Source: the human T2T-CHM13v2.0 reference genome, Homo sapiens
Strand: one strand, 5' to 3'
Assembly: GCF_009914755.1 (NCBI RefSeq)
Contig: NC_060947.1
Length of the DNA: 64,000 nucleotides
Under the pieces are notes generated by a model. The model did no database searches and was not told the DNA's origin. It worked only from the letters and a program-made list of their open reading frames with translations. Below, piece by piece: positions 42,839 through 58,229 of this stretch (position 1 is its first letter; each line of letters starts with the position of its first letter). A program made the position numbers and the translations under genes.

Positions 42839-43920
42839 AACCTCACTTCTTTTCTTTTTTTCCATTCACAATGATAACTCTATGGGAGATTGAATGATAC
42901 AACCATTTACATACAAATAATATAATTTTCAAAACATGTTTAACAATCAAAAAACAAAGTTGGAAGAGGTCAAAGATCAAGCATTTGGATACCTCACCAT
43001 CTTCTGAGCATAAGGAACATGGAACCTATTTTACAAGCCTAGAAATTCATCCACAGGTGCCACTCAGCAGTGCACCTTAGTAATGTAGTTCCAGATAGCA
43101 TCACAGGAAACGACCTATCGATTTGAGGTCTCCTCCCCCACATTAAAGCGGAGATATTCTGCCTGTCTTCTTACTTCAGAGTGGGGGTATTTGGCAAAAA
43201 CCAAGAAACACTGAGGACTCTTTTCAAAGAGACAAGGTTAACTTGAAAGAGACTAGGATGTTCTCTGTTTACAGGTATGGCGCTGTTCGTTCATAATGCC
43301 CATGTTAATAGAATTTCTGGAGTTAATATGTAAAGGTATAGAATCTGAAGGCCTCAGTGACAATTTTGGATCTCACATCCGTTGCCCTATTGTATTAGGG
43401 AAGTATTAGAGTATCAGTGTTTCACGTTCCTACACATTAAATTGTAAGAAGAAATTTTTCAAAATCTTAATGAGGTTGATGTGTAGAGTAAGCCATACAA
43501 TCCATAAAAAATGCATATTGAGATCAGCCCAATATTCTCTGAATCTGTTCCGTTTGTGGTAATTGATGACATAAGCCAGTCATGTCGGAGAACTGGTAGC
43601 AAAAAGGGTAAAACATAAGAAGAAATTTGGGAAGTCAGGGGCCTAGGAAGACAAAACTGGGGTTCAGATACCAGCAAAAATAATGATCAGCCTTCCTCCT
43701 TGAAATAAAATTCCAGTTAGGACACAGGTAGGGTTATCCTATATGAGTAAAGCAAACCTAAAATGACTTAAAAACAACTTTGAAACAATTTAAGTTCAGA
43801 CAGGATTAAGGTGATCTTCCCCTACTCTAGTTCCCCTACTCTAGTTGACTGACAGAAAAAAAAGTTCTACAGAGGAATTACTTCAGAATTTCATCCATAA
43901 CTATATATCTATCCCTAATT

Positions 43921-43969
<49 letters not shown>
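43921..43969. repeat. (TATC)n microsatellite
   Basis: About 12 perfect TATC units. Confidence 0.95.
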
Positions 43970-44481
43970 CCTCTGAGAGGTGTCAGAGAACTAGGTGGGT
44001 AGATAGATATAAATCACACAAGTATACACCCACATATATGTTTGTAATAAATATTAACATCAATATACTATGTAATATAGATACGATTTTTTCATACAGT
44101 GTGTGCAGAATTTATTTAGAAACTACCAAATGTACAAGAAAGCATGAACACGTGGTTGAAATATAAGATAAATAATAGTAAATAAAAATAGACCAATAGA
44201 TAGTTAAGTTCTTAAAAGAGACTTTCAAATGTTTTTACTAATTTATTCCAGGAAATCCATGACACAGGAAGATTGCTTCTAGATCATCGGAATCTATAAC
44301 AAGGATTCAATTCACAGTACTAGATGTGAAAAATACAACTACTGAAACTAGGAAGCAAAAGATAATTTAAGAAACAAGTTGATTTTATTAAAATTAAGGA
44401 GTCATGAATGGGAATGTGGGTAAAATATGAAGATAGGAGTATAGAGGGAATACATAGCTGCAACTAAAATAACATATATGA

Positions 44482-44770
44482 GGCTGGGCATGGTGGCTCA
44501 CACCTGTAATTGCCACACTTTGGGAGGCAGAAGCAGGTGGATTGCTTGAGCCCAGGAGTTTGAGACCAGACTGGACAACATGGTGAAACCCCATCTCTAC
44601 AAAAAATACAAAAATTAGCTGGGCATAGTTAGGCATAATTGTAGTCCCAGCTACTTGGGAGGCTGAAGTGGGAGATCCTTTGAGCTGGGGAGGTCGAGGC
44701 TCCAGTGAACTGTAATTACACAACTGCACTCCAGCCTGGGTGACAGAGTGAGACCCTGTCTTAAAAAAAA
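44482..44770 (+). mobile_element. AluJ SINE followed by (TA)n
   Basis: Dimeric Alu with GGATTGCTTGAGCCCAGGAG and GAGACCCTGTC; TA-rich tract extends to ~44892. Confidence 0.92.
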
Positions 44771-45082
44771 TATATATATATATATATATATGTATATATG
44801 TTTATATATTATATATACTTACATATAATATCTATGTTTATATATTATATATTTATATATTACATATGTTTATATATTATATATTTATATACATGATGTG
44901 GTAAACATATTTGTTATACTTATGTCTTGTAGTTCAGGACAGAGAAATAGGTAGATGATAAATGAACATTAGAGAATATATTGACCAGAATTATCCAAAT
45001 TGTGGGAAGACATCCAGAAATAGATTCAAGAAGTTATAAAAACCCAAAAATTAGATAAATACAACAAAACATTCATGCACAT

Positions 45083-45962
45083 TGCGGTAGGCAGAATACT
45101 GCCTCCTACCAAAACAAAACAAAACAAAGCAAAACCAAAAATGTCCACATCTGATAGGGTTTGTCTGTGTCCCTACCCAAATCTCATCTTGAATTGTAGT
45201 TCCCCTAATCCCCATATGTTGTGGGAGGGACTCGATGGGAAGTGATTGGATCATGGGGGCAGTTTCCTGCATGTTGTTCTTGTGACAATGAGTGAGTGTC
45301 AAGAGATTTGATGGTTTTATAAGCGTCTGGCATTTCCCGTGCTTGCACTGTCTCTCCCCTGCTGCCCTGTGAAGAAGTACCTTCTTCCATGAATGTAAGT
45401 TTCCTGAGGCCTCCCCAGCCATGTGGAACTATGAGTCAATTAAACCTCTTTTCTTTATAAATTACCCAGTCTCGGGTATTTCTTCATAGCAGTGTGAGAA
45501 CAGACTAACACACCATCTGAATTCCTGGAACCTGTGACTATGTTACCTAACATGGCAAAAGGGGATTTGCATATGCAAATAAGTTAAGGATCTTGAGATG
45601 AGGATATGATTCTGGATTATCTTGGTGGGCCCAATGTCATCTCAAGGGTCTTTGTGAGGAAGAGAGAGAGGCAGAGAGAATTACAGAGGCAGATATGATG
45701 TCACTAGGAGACCTCAGAGTGATGTCGGAAAGGGGGCCAAGAGCCAGAAGTACAGGCAGACAACAGAAGCTGCAAAAGATAAGGACATGAACACTTTCAT
45801 GGAGTCTCCAGTATGAGACATCCCTGCCAACACCTTGACTGTGGCCCAGTGAGATGCATTTTGGACTTTTGATCTCCCAAACTGTAAGATAATATATTTG
45901 CATTGTGTTAAGCCACCAAATCTTTTGGTAGTTTGTTACAGCAGCAATAGGAAGCTAATACA
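45083..45962 (+). mobile_element. MLT1D-like MaLR solo LTR, interrupted by THE1
   Basis: TGCGGTAGGCAGAAT...ATGTCCACATC | CCTGGAACCTGTGACTATGTTACC...GTTACAGCAGCAATAGGAAGCTAATACA; TSD CACAT/TACAT. Confidence 0.9.
45152..45512 (+). mobile_element. THE1D-like solo LTR nested in MLT1D
   Basis: TGATAGGGTTTGTCTGTGTCCCTACCCAAATCTCATCTTG...GTCTGGCATTTCCC...GACTAACACA; TSD ACATC/CCATC. Confidence 0.93.
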
Positions 45963-46386
45963 TACATCACGTAGGAACTGTTAAAGAAAATTCTTAAAAT
46001 CTGCCCTGGGCGAGAACTCTTAGGAAAATACTAAGGTGTTTATATTCATTGAGAAATTAAAATTAAATTAATTGAGAATACTAACAGTAAAATATACTGT
46101 TTTGAATAGAAATGACTTGATTTAAAAAATGAAAATAAAAACACAATAGAGAAAAGCATGAATTACTGATAAAAGAAATGGGCAACAACAACAACAAAAG
46201 TTGCATTACAACAAATTCCACAGGCATTAAGAAATGAATAAGAGCAAGTATTCATAATAGCTACAAAATTGAAGTATTGTGAATGTCTAGTAACAATAAG
46301 CTAGAAATACATGTTGAGGTATATTCATCCAATCAGCTGCTATTCCCAAGTATAGATTGTGCAGCTTTCTTAAAACCAAAGGGATT

Positions 46387-46690
46387 AGCCGGGTGCGGTG
46401 GCTCATGCCTGTAATCCCAACACTTTAGGAGGTTGAGGCAGGCAGGTCATTTGAGGTCAGGAGTTTGAGATCAGCCTGGCCAACATAGCAAAACCCCATC
46501 TCTACTAAAAATACAGAAATTAGCTGCTGGTGGTGGTGCATGCCTGTAATCCCAGCTACTCAGGAGGCTGTGATGTAGGAGAATCTCTTGAACCTGGGAG
46601 GCGGAGGTGGCAGCGAGCTGAGATCGCACCACGACACTCCGGCCTGGGCGACAGAGCAAGACTCTGTCTCAAAAATAAATTAAAAAAAAA
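46387..46690 (+). mobile_element. AluS SINE
   Basis: Dimeric Alu with TGAGGTCAGGAGTTTGAGA and A-rich tail. Confidence 0.93.
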
Positions 46691-47084
46691 GAGAGATGTA
46701 TCACATAAGACCAACATTTAGCAAATGAAGCCAGAGACAATGTTGCTTAACTACAATTCCTTTCATATGAAGTTCTAGATAAGCAAAACCAACTACGATC
46801 TTAGAAATCAGGATAATGACCACCTCGGCAGAGGGGTGGTATAGGAGTGGCAGCACATGAAACAGGGTCATGAGGATGGTAATCTTTATTTGGCTGGTGG
46901 GTGTATAGATTTTATGAAAGTTCACTGATCTACGCAATTCTAATACCTAGGTTTTCATTTTGTTGACTTTAAATAAAGAATTGCTCAAATTTAAAAACAG
47001 CGAGGCAGGTCTATATGTATTGAAGAGAATTTATTTCAAAATTTATTATTAACTAAAAGGTGAGTTTCACATAGGTAGCTATGT

Positions 47085-47347
47085 TAGATAGATAGATATA
47101 GATAGATAGATAAAAGGATTGGCAGATGGGTGGATAGATGGCTCATAGATGGATGGGTGGGTGGATAATAGATAACTAGATGGATAGATGGTTAAACAGA
47201 CAGTTGAATGAATAGATAGATAAATGGATGGGTTCTAGATAGATAAATGAATAAATGGATAGGTGATGGAAATAGGCAGCTAGTTAGCTAGATGATAGAT
47301 AAATATTATAGACAGACTGATAAAATATTATAGACAGACTGATAAAA
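47085..47347. repeat. (GATA/GGAT)n degenerate tract
   Basis: GATA/GGAT units ending in a tandem ATTATAGACAGACTGATAAAA duplication. Confidence 0.88.
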
Positions 47348-47585
47348 ACATGTGTATGTGCATACCCCATGCATTATGTTTTATATGTAGCATGTAACAT
47401 GTAATCTCTAGAAAACTTTTCCAAAAATGTACAATATTGTTGCTAAAGTCTAGATTTAGTTTTTTGGTACTTTTGAATGTTGTACCTTTGATTGCATTTA
47501 AGAATTCATATTCAAATAGCATGAATGAGTGAAATACAAAATAACAATCCCAGGATTCGAATAGTGGCATTTACTTGCTGAGTCC

Positions 47586-48123
47586 TGTTGGGGCTCGGGA
47601 CGTATCACCCCAGAATATGATTACAGGAGACCAAAATATACCTATTTGGCATATTGACTATTTGGAGCTGATTGCTTTGAGAGACTGCAGATACAGGAGT
47701 AGCTCTCAAAAGTTGCTGTTTTGTAAAGCAAATTACATTTACAAAACAAATTTTCAGGGATAAAGATATCTGATCCAGGAATAGTGTTGCTCCGAGAAGA
47801 CATTGATCTCCTGAGATAATTTTATCTGCATAACAAGCCAACCTTTACTCACCACACAGCTCCTCCCTCACCCTCCAGTAACTTGTCTCCATCACCTGCC
47901 AGAAGTCACAGGCCCCTATTTCTTTCTGTAGCCCAGGATGCTATGTAAACTTCATAGGTCTGGTTGATTCTTGAGTTTCGTGTTTTTGTGGAACTCCTGT
48001 GCATAGGAACGTAATTAAAGTTGTTTGTCTCCTGTTAATCTGTCTTATTTTAACTTAAAGTGTAAACCAGCCAAAGAACATAGAAGGGTATAGGAGAAAG
48101 CAAAGTTTTTTTTCTCCTCCGCA
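47586..48123 (+). mobile_element. ERV1 solo LTR (MER34-like)
   Basis: TGTTGGGGCTC...CACCCCAGAATATG...TTTGGCATATTGACTATTTGGAGCTG...CTCCTGTTAATCTGTCTTAT...CTCCGCA termini. Confidence 0.8.
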
Positions 48124-48166
48124 GTTATGCTTAGGAATGTCATCGTTTTATTTATAAATATATATA

Positions 48167-48474
48167 TTTCTTGTGTGTTGTTTGTTTTGAGACAGGGTCT
48201 CACTTTGATACCCAGGATGCAGTGCAGTGGCACAATCTGGCGCTCACTGCAGCCTCAACCTCCTGGGCTCGAGTGATCCTCTTGCCTCAGCCTCTCAAAT
48301 AGCTGGGACCACAGGTGGGTGCCACTGCCCCGAACTAATTTTTTGTTTATTTTCTGTTGAGATGAGGTCTCACTGTACTGCCCAGGCTGGTCTCAAAGTC
48401 CTGAGCTCAACCAGTCCTCCTGCCTCAGCCTCCCAAAGTGCTTGCATTACAGGTGTGAGCCACCACACACAGCC
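48167..48474 (-). mobile_element. AluJ SINE
   Basis: GAGACAGGGTCTCACT...CTGCAGCCTCAACCTCCTGGGCTC...GTGAGCCACCACACACAGCC. Confidence 0.92.
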
Positions 48475-50380
48475 TTCACCATTTTCAACCCAGTGCTTAT
48501 TGTTCAGAGGAATAGTAATAGGAACTGTGTTACAGAATTGTGAGAATTAAGAAGGGAGAAAGCGAATGCACTCCTGATGTGGTTAGCACAGCACCTGACC
48601 CACGTTACACACTCTATAATGTCATCATTATTGGCTACACCATTACGCCACTGATTACACATGAAAATAGAGTGATTAATTTACATCACAATATAATAAT
48701 TTAACAAGACAACAAGCTGCACTTTGTTTTAATTTGGCTGTTTATTCCATTTATTGCTATATCTACACATAATTATGTGTTATTTTCTGTCCAGTCACAC
48801 ATAATCATTCTACAGAACCTGGCTCTGCCTAATCCTAAATACTGTTTCTAAGGATTGAGAATAGTATCATGGGGACACCCCTCTGGTTAGGGACAGGCAT
48901 ATGCTATAATTCCTCAATTTAGGTAAAATGTGTATAGAAATGATACTGACTTTGGAAGGAAAACACCTGGATTCTCTCTCTGTCTGCCATGCTAACTAAT
49001 TTCTTACTATCAGATGCATCTAGAATACTTGCATGCAATGTGCACTTTGGTTGCCTAGCCTCCCTTTCATTTTGGCTTTTTATTGTATAATATTTTAATT
49101 ATAATTTTAAAATTATAATTTTGTAAATATGAAAATATTTGGTTATAGACACTTGATTATAAATTTAAATAATAATTTTGGAAATACTAAAAATATTGAT
49201 TGGAAAATAATATCAGAACATTAACACACAGATATCCTAAAGTCATCATTCAGTTTTACCATCAGAAAATACCAATTGTTTGGACAGTGAGTGGGCTGGC
49301 ATGACATGACTTTAGTGGTCTGTGCTTTCCTGAATTATAAAGTTTATTTATTTTTTAACTAGCATAGTATTATCACTGAGGTCCCTCTTTTTAATCAGCG
49401 CTGTGCCCATTTCTCTTCTTTCTAACATCTATTTTATTTATATTGACTATTTACATATAATGCTCCTCTAGATAGCAAAAATCTATTGGGAATTGGAAAA
49501 GGTAATTTCCTTGGAGCTAATAGCTATTCATGCTGATTTTCACTTGCCAATTTCTTCACTATGAATATTGACTCAGCCAGAAAAGCATACTGGCTTAAAA
49601 GATGCAAAGTTAACTGCCTGCCTTATATTTAGTCAACTGTTTGGCAGGTAAACTTCTATTTTCAATAATCTTCTCATCTTTCTGAGAACTAAGCAGAAAG
49701 GAAGTCAAATTTCACATTAAATTAGAAAAGCTCCAACCAACTGCACAAGGAGTTATGGGTGGTCAAAAAAAGCCTTATGCAAGAATAATTTAGATACATC
49801 TTATAATAGGTGAAAATTTTGACAGGGAAACTAAATGAAGCAAGGATAAATTATAGGGCTTCATCCAGAATATTTTAATATCTCTACTTCAATATGTGCA
49901 TCCACTATATCGTCATGTCTCTTCTGTGAAGAACAAATTTTACTATTGTCTTTTTTAGAGCCCCAGTTGAAAGGAATTTGGATAAATTTTGATACTTCTG
50001 AGCACGAAAATAGATATAAGTTTAATAGATCTGTATATATGTGCTTAATAATTCAGTATTTCAAAAAATAAAAGTTTTTCATGATTGGCCTTAATTGAAG
50101 TTTTTTTCATGTTCTTCAAATTTGATATATAATTCACGAAGTTATACTTAATAATCTCTTCATCTGTTAATAACCACTTTGTATGCTAATCAGGAAATGT
50201 TTACCTTTCAAAAAATATTTTATGGAATGAAGGAACTATTTACAAGCTAAATGGATATGTTTTGATAAACCAATTCTTAGTAACATTTCTATGCACTAAA
50301 GTGAGAAAAAAACAGTATGCTGATGTGCTATTAACTACAAATAAATGAAAGAACTACTGATATGTCAATTTCATGTTTAA

Positions 50381-50705
<325 letters not shown>

Positions 50706-50791
50706 TGACCATGCATGTTTTATATGTACGAAATACATTAAATCAAATAGTGAGCTCTTATTAAAAATGACCTTTAAACACTGTATGGCTG

Positions 50792-51200
50792 TATCATCAT
50801 CATGAACAGCATCAGCATCATCATCATCATCGCCATTATAATCATCAATACTACCACACCATCATCATCATCATCACCGTCACCATCATCACATCACCAT
50901 CATAACCACCATCATCACCACTGCCATCATGATCATCACCATCACCGTCACTACCATCATGATCATCATCACAAACACCATCATCACCATCATCACCATC
51001 ATGATCATCATCACAAACACCATCATCACCATCATTACCATCATGATTACCATCATCACCATCATTATTATCATTATCATCACATTGTCGCCTTCATCGT
51101 CATCATAACCACCACCACCATCATCACAAATGCCAGAGTCACCATCATTACCACCTGTAATGTCGTTACCGTCATTAGAATCACCAGAACCACCATTATT
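50792..51200. repeat. (CAT/CAC)n trinucleotide tract
   Basis: Direct reading; source of the His-rich ORF. Confidence 0.93.
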
Positions 51201-53043
51201 AACTTTATAGTAAATTCTTATAGCAATCTCTAAATATATTGTTTATTGATTGAATTTTTCACCTTATCACGGCATTAACCGTATTGTTCTTCTTTACGTC
51301 TCTATGCCTACTTCCAATGCTGTGCCTGATCTAGGGGGAGTATCAGTTCAAAATACATATAGATGTCCATATTGACTGATATGCAGTTTGTGGTGAAAGA
51401 AATGAGTAATGTAGATTATTATAAAGATACACAAATTTTGTAATGCATCTATTAGACACATGTTCTTCTAGCTTGCATTAATTTTGCATCATAACTGGCT
51501 ACTCTGCCAGGTGCTGATGAGGCAACCCTTTTCAGTCACGCAACATATCTAGGTTATTCATTTTTATGAATTTGTGAGCATTAATAATCTCTTGCATTGA
51601 AGCTAGTTCTCTAATAGGTCCTGTAGAGTCTCAAAGGTTCTTGGTGAGAACAATTTATAGGTGAGGATGAGCTCATTCACTCATTTATAGTGGAGCAATA
51701 GCTGTTCTGTAGGAGAGGTCTTTGGATTCTAGAGTGAGACTAAAACAAATACCCCTAGGTAAAAATGAAAGGTAATAATCATGTATTTATTGACTTAATC
51801 CCTTGGGAAATATATATATATTTTCTTCCAACCAGACACTGAGATGGGCTTTTCATGTTTCAGTGTTAGTTAAATGTCAACTTGAAATTCCAGGAGCTCT
51901 CATCCTGGATAGGTAGCAGACAAGTACTAAGACGTTCAAAACACGCCAGACAGGGACTATAAGCAGAGTGAGCAAATGATGCTCTAAGGGAATCTGGAAT
52001 CTTATCTAACTTGGGATGAGTAGGAGATGCTCCCTAGAGAGTAACAGCTCAGTCTCTCCATAACTTATTCATGACATTATTTTAGATGAGGAAGTTGAAA
52101 AGGGTATACACTTACAGGGAGTGGGAAGAGACCTTGCAAGTCCATCCACAGAGCTGGGGTATAAACGCTAAAGTATAGTTGCACGAATATGTGTGGAAAT
52201 TCACAGGGACATGGACTCGAGAGTTGGGATTAATCACAAAAATGATTGACCTCAAAGTTATTCTCAGATCAAACAGAGCACGATTTTCTGATACTGTTAT
52301 TGAGCAACCACAAACTTTGTTTCCAGCAAACTTTTGTTTTTCTTATTGAGTAATTAATTGCATTAAGCACCTCTTCGGCCCTAATTTTATTCCTGAACTT
52401 CTGTTTCACCCTTTCTCTCTGCTGATTAAATAAAATAACAACAATTCTGATAACACTAGAAGTTTGGTGATGTACTTTAAGTTTGTGTCAAATTTATTCC
52501 AATTTTAGTTGCTGGACTAAAGCATCATGTAACTTATCTTATCCTTCACTTGTTCTTGACTTTTTGATAGACTCCCTAGGGCTTTGCAGTGCTATTTTCA
52601 TTTCATTTTCACAATGAAATAAATATACTACTGCAGCAGGGCATTGGCTGCCACTTAAAACAAGAGGCATGCATTATTAATGCCTTGTACAAAGACAATA
52701 AATTTTATATTACTCAACACAGAATAGAGAAGGAGACCTGCCAATATAGCTTTACCCCCAAGAATATGGGATAATAGAATTAAGAAAGATGGAGGGTCTC
52801 ATAGTAATGTGACTATGAAATGAAAAGCGAAATTGGATAGCGTCTTCTCCTTTAACCACAACTAACAGAGCGGAAGATAAAAAGAGTTTCCTCCTGTTAG
52901 AACTGTGGGTGCCTATGAAAAAGGAACAACCCATCTCATTCCAATGCCTGGTTCAGCAGCCACCTGTCCACTGTCCTAGTTGAATAAAAGATAGAATTGA
53001 GAAAGCTAGTAAGAGGGGCGGTCTGGTTGTTTTAACAAGGTTA

Positions 53044-53541
<498 letters not shown>

Positions 53542-53579
53542 TTACAGTTAGCATAACCTTCTGGTAGAGCTTAGACAAA

Positions 53580-53790
53580 TGAATGTCAACTGGAGATGAT
53601 TTTGCCCCCCAGGAGTCAATTGGCAATGCACAGAGATGTTTTATTTAGATCATCACAGCTTGATCAGGATTGCTATTGATGAGTAGAGGCCAGGGGTGCT
53701 GTTGCACACTCTATAATGCACAGGACAGCCCTCCACAAAAGAGAGTTACCAGTCCAAATGTCAGTAGTGCTGAGGTAGAGAAATGTTGCT
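53580..53790 (+). mobile_element. MER20 (hAT-Charlie) DNA transposon
   Basis: GATTTTGCCCCCCAGG...TTGGCAATG...GTAGAGGCCAGGG...ATAATGCACAGGACAGCCC...CAAATGTCAGTAGTGCTGAGG. Confidence 0.88.
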
Positions 53791-53822
53791 CCAGAGAAAT
53801 ACATATTTTATCAAGTGAACTA

Positions 53823-54182
<360 letters not shown>

Positions 54183-55754
54183 TTAAGAAGCTCAGAGAAA
54201 GTTGATAGAGAAGAGATTATCAATAAACTTTAAAAGTCTAAATTCTAAATTTGGAATTCCAAATTCTAAAATCTTAAAAAATTTAAAGAGAAAATTACAA
54301 AATACTTGGTTTAATTTTCTATATTTCTTAATATTCTCATAGGAAATCTTGCTCTAATCATGAGAATCGGATCTAACAAATGTTAAGTAATCTGCTTTTC
54401 CCTCGAGGGAAGATAAAACTAGACAAAATCTTTATTGTAGAATAAACTTTATCACCTAACGTACCTGATATAAAGTAGTTCACCCTTTTCCTTGTTTCAG
54501 GAAAAGAATTACAGAAGGACACAGTTCTATGTAATCTTTACTCATTCTGCTAAAGGGACTACAAGAATATAATGGAAAGTAATTCATCACCTCAAATGGA
54601 GCTGCCCAATCCCATATTGATAAACTTGCTAAAGTGTCTTTTAATTATGCCCAAACCATGACTTAGTTGTTTCCTGCAAGCAACTGTCTCCCAGAAATCC
54701 AAAATGTTTGTTAACTATGTCAAGTGAATGCTCCCTCCAAGACATTAAATACACGTATACTCATTGTTAGAATTTTAAATGTTTATAATACAAGCAAATG
54801 CCATCTGTTTTTAATTTGTGACATAGTCTACCTGGTTTTAATGCAAACTAACATTTTACAACCTGAAAATTGACTATATCTTAAGAAAAATTTGGTATAT
54901 ATGTAAAATATATTTTTAATATTTATTTTCATTGATGGCGGAAATGATGGTGTGTGTTTTTGTGTGGATGTGTGAGTGTACGTAACAGTGAGCACATTCA
55001 TTGGCAAAACCTTTAAGGAAAAATAATAATGACTTGTACTAGTTTGTATTCTTAATATTATTGTTAGCAATATCTGTGAAGTTTTAATTTTACTGATGGA
55101 AAATTTAGAAATTTAATAGAAATTCTAGAAAGGTGAAAATGTTTTAAAATCAGTTATGGCTTAAATATGGAAAAATATTTTATACTATACAAGTAGAAGA
55201 AAAGCATAAACTCTTAGAGTTGACACCTTGTTTTGAAATGTCTTTTTCATTTCCTCTTTCCTCTTTCTTGGACTGATAACTATATTACTTTGTAGAAACT
55301 GATAACCTTTTCTCTGACTTCTTTGGTATGAAACTTATTTGCCAGCGTTTATACTTAGCATTTTTTACATAAGCTTTTTTTTATATAGAAGCCAAGATGC
55401 ATATTGGAGAGTTCTCCATAGGGCTTGATTTTCTTCTCCCACCCATATTGGAAATCTCTTCCTCAGTATCAGCTGATCTACCAGCCTTCCTGTGAACACA
55501 CAAGAAAAGAGTTTATTTCCACTGATGTTACGGAAAAGATAGAAACAGTCTTCACAGGACAGTTTTCACAGAGATCGTCTACAAAATCCGATCTCATACT
55601 ATTCATATGCAAGTAAATACTTATACTTGAAATTAGAACTTTATTCATTCAAAGCTGGATAAGTTCATTTCAGAAATTCAGAAAATTGGAGAAAAGAAAT
55701 ATTACTTCACTAGAGACAACAATAGCTAATACTATTGTATATTTTTCTATTTTT

Positions 55755-55900
55755 TGATAGATGATAGATATAGATAGATATATGATAGATAATGGATAAA
55801 TAATAGATGATAGATAATATATAGGTTATAGGTAGATATGTAGATAATAGATAAATGGATGTAGATGATAGATAATAGACGATAAACAGATATGTATACT
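55755..55900. repeat. (GATA)n degenerate tract
   Basis: Direct reading. Confidence 0.88.
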
Positions 55901-56427
55901 TACACTTAAATATACATATATTAAATATATAATTGTGTTGTAAAACATTTGACAAAACTATGCATGTAAATAAACAAAACTATACACATAAATAACTAGG
56001 CATTAGTACATCTAGAGTAACAACATCCTCTATATATTCTACATCAACCTGCCTGATGCATTTTTATTTTAAACTAGTAGGTGAATTGTTTTCCATTGAA
56101 CCATAGCAAAGAAAGTTTCTTTATTGATTACCAAGATAAATATTTTTGCTAAAAAATAAAAAGCACTGTCAGTACTAATTAACTAACATTCCCATTTTAC
56201 CCAAATCACAATCGTTTTTCAGAATTATTTGCATTTTATAAGTAATGCTTGCAAAATATTGTTGCCTTAAGTTTCAAAGTGAAAGAACGTAAAAATAGCA
56301 TAATTTTAGACATAGAAATACTATTTTTATTTATATTATGCAATAACAGAGGAAGGTGTCTCACATATTCCTGATACAAACAGAGGAGTGACTCGAGAGC
56401 CTTTGTTATTGTGGGAAATAAGACTTA

Positions 56428-56758
<331 letters not shown>

Positions 56759-56959
56759 TTATATTATAGTAGCAGAAGATGTTTTGAAAGACATACAAGC
56801 TCATTGAAAAAAGTGACTGATGAATAGATGCTATAAAAATTGTCTTTAAAAATCCCAATCTATATGTAGAATTTTCAATGTTTAATAAAGAAAAACAGGT
56901 TATTCTGTATAACACAAAGGGATCAAGCAAATCAAATTTGCAAACATAGAAGAAAAAAA

Positions 56960-57490
56960 TCAGAAACACATTTTAAGGCAATAGTAGACATTTCACAGAA
57001 AAGAAGCCATACTTGGTCAGAATGGAAGGGTTGTCATCTTCAGCAGGATTAGGAAAAAGTGCAAATAAAAATCTACAGAAAGATATCCATTTTCACTGAC
57101 AGGTTGGACAAAAATTAAACTGTCCGTCAGAAACAGATGTTTGTGAGAACATGAGAGCATGGGGCAGAGGGAATAAAACACTTTGGGGATATATTGATGT
57201 GATTTAAATATGTATCTTGTGACCGAACACTTCCACTCCTGAGTATACAACCCTGACTACCTTTTATTGAAATGCAGTGAGAGACATGGACAAGCATCGT
57301 CAAACCAGCATCAGCTATTATTATTTTAGGGAAGAAAAGTAAAAATGACATAGCTGTGGAAATACTAGAGAACTCATAAGTGTGTTCTATTCATATGAGG
57401 GAATATTATATTTTGGTAATTATCACATCGGCTATTATATGAAATTGGAGTTATAAGCATAACATTGAGTAAAATAAATGAAATTGGTAT
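56960..57490 (+). mobile_element. Ancient L1ME-like fragment
   Basis: AGACATTTCACAGAAAAGAAG...AAGTGCAAATAAAATCTAC...CACTTCCACTCCTGAGTATACA resemble decayed L1 ORF2 3' sequence. Confidence 0.55.
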
Positions 57491-57495
57491 ACATT

Positions 57496-57909
57496 TGACA
57501 TAGTTTGGATCTGTGTCCTCACCCAAATCTCATGTTCAACTGTAATCCCCAATGTTGTAGGTGGGGCCTGGTGGAAGGTGATTGGATCATGGGAGTGGAT
57601 CCTTCGAGAATGGTTTAGCACCATCCCTTTGGTGTTGTTCTCATGGTAGAGTTCTCATGAGGTCTTGTAGTTTTAAAGTGTGTAGCTCCTTCTCCCTCTC
57701 TGTCTCTCTTAGTCCTGCTCCTGCTGTGTGAGACACCTGCTCTCGCTTTACTTCTGCCATGAGTAAAAGCTCCTTGAGGCCTCCCCAGAAGCAGATGCTG
57801 CCATGCTTCTTGTACAGCCTGCAGAAACATAAGCCAATTAAACCTTTTTTCTCATACATTACCCAGTCTCAGGTATTTCTTTATAGCAATGTGAGAATGG
57901 ACTAATATA
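57496..57909 (+). mobile_element. MSTA/MSTB MaLR solo LTR, uninterrupted
   Basis: TGACATAGTTTGGATCTGTGTCCTCACCCAAATCTCATG...CAATGTGAGAATGGACTAATATA. Confidence 0.93.
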
Positions 57910-58229
57910 GGGTTTCTATCTAGTAAGGTAAATTTACATAAAATTCAAATCCAAAGCCAAATTACAGGTATAATTTTTGAAGATACACCCATAAATCCAG
58001 CAATCCTAACCAAGAGAAAAGAACCAATGGACAAACTTTTCTCACTTTCATTGGGAGGCCTTCATGGGAAGGGCCCCATAAATACTGCTAATAGTCTATT
58101 CTTCAATGTCTTGTTTTAGGTATAACAGTGTCAATGTGACTAGGTTTTACATATATTATATATTTCATATATCATTTCACATATGTGAATACTTTAAATA
58201 TAGTTAATATTCATATGTATTTCATTACA

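Noticed and set aside
50802-51233. His-rich 143-aa ORF resembling a metal-binding protein
   Set aside because: Translation of the (CAT/CAC)n repeat; poly-Ile and poly-Ser segments reflect frame slips in the same repeat.
52951-52977. REST/RE1-like half sites (TTCAGCA...CTGTCC)
   Set aside because: Half-site sequence, orientation and spacing do not fit the canonical RE1.
54248-54265. 18-bp perfect palindrome AATTTGGAATTCCAAATT
   Set aside because: Short, AT-rich and within a local AAATTCT repeat; no further support.
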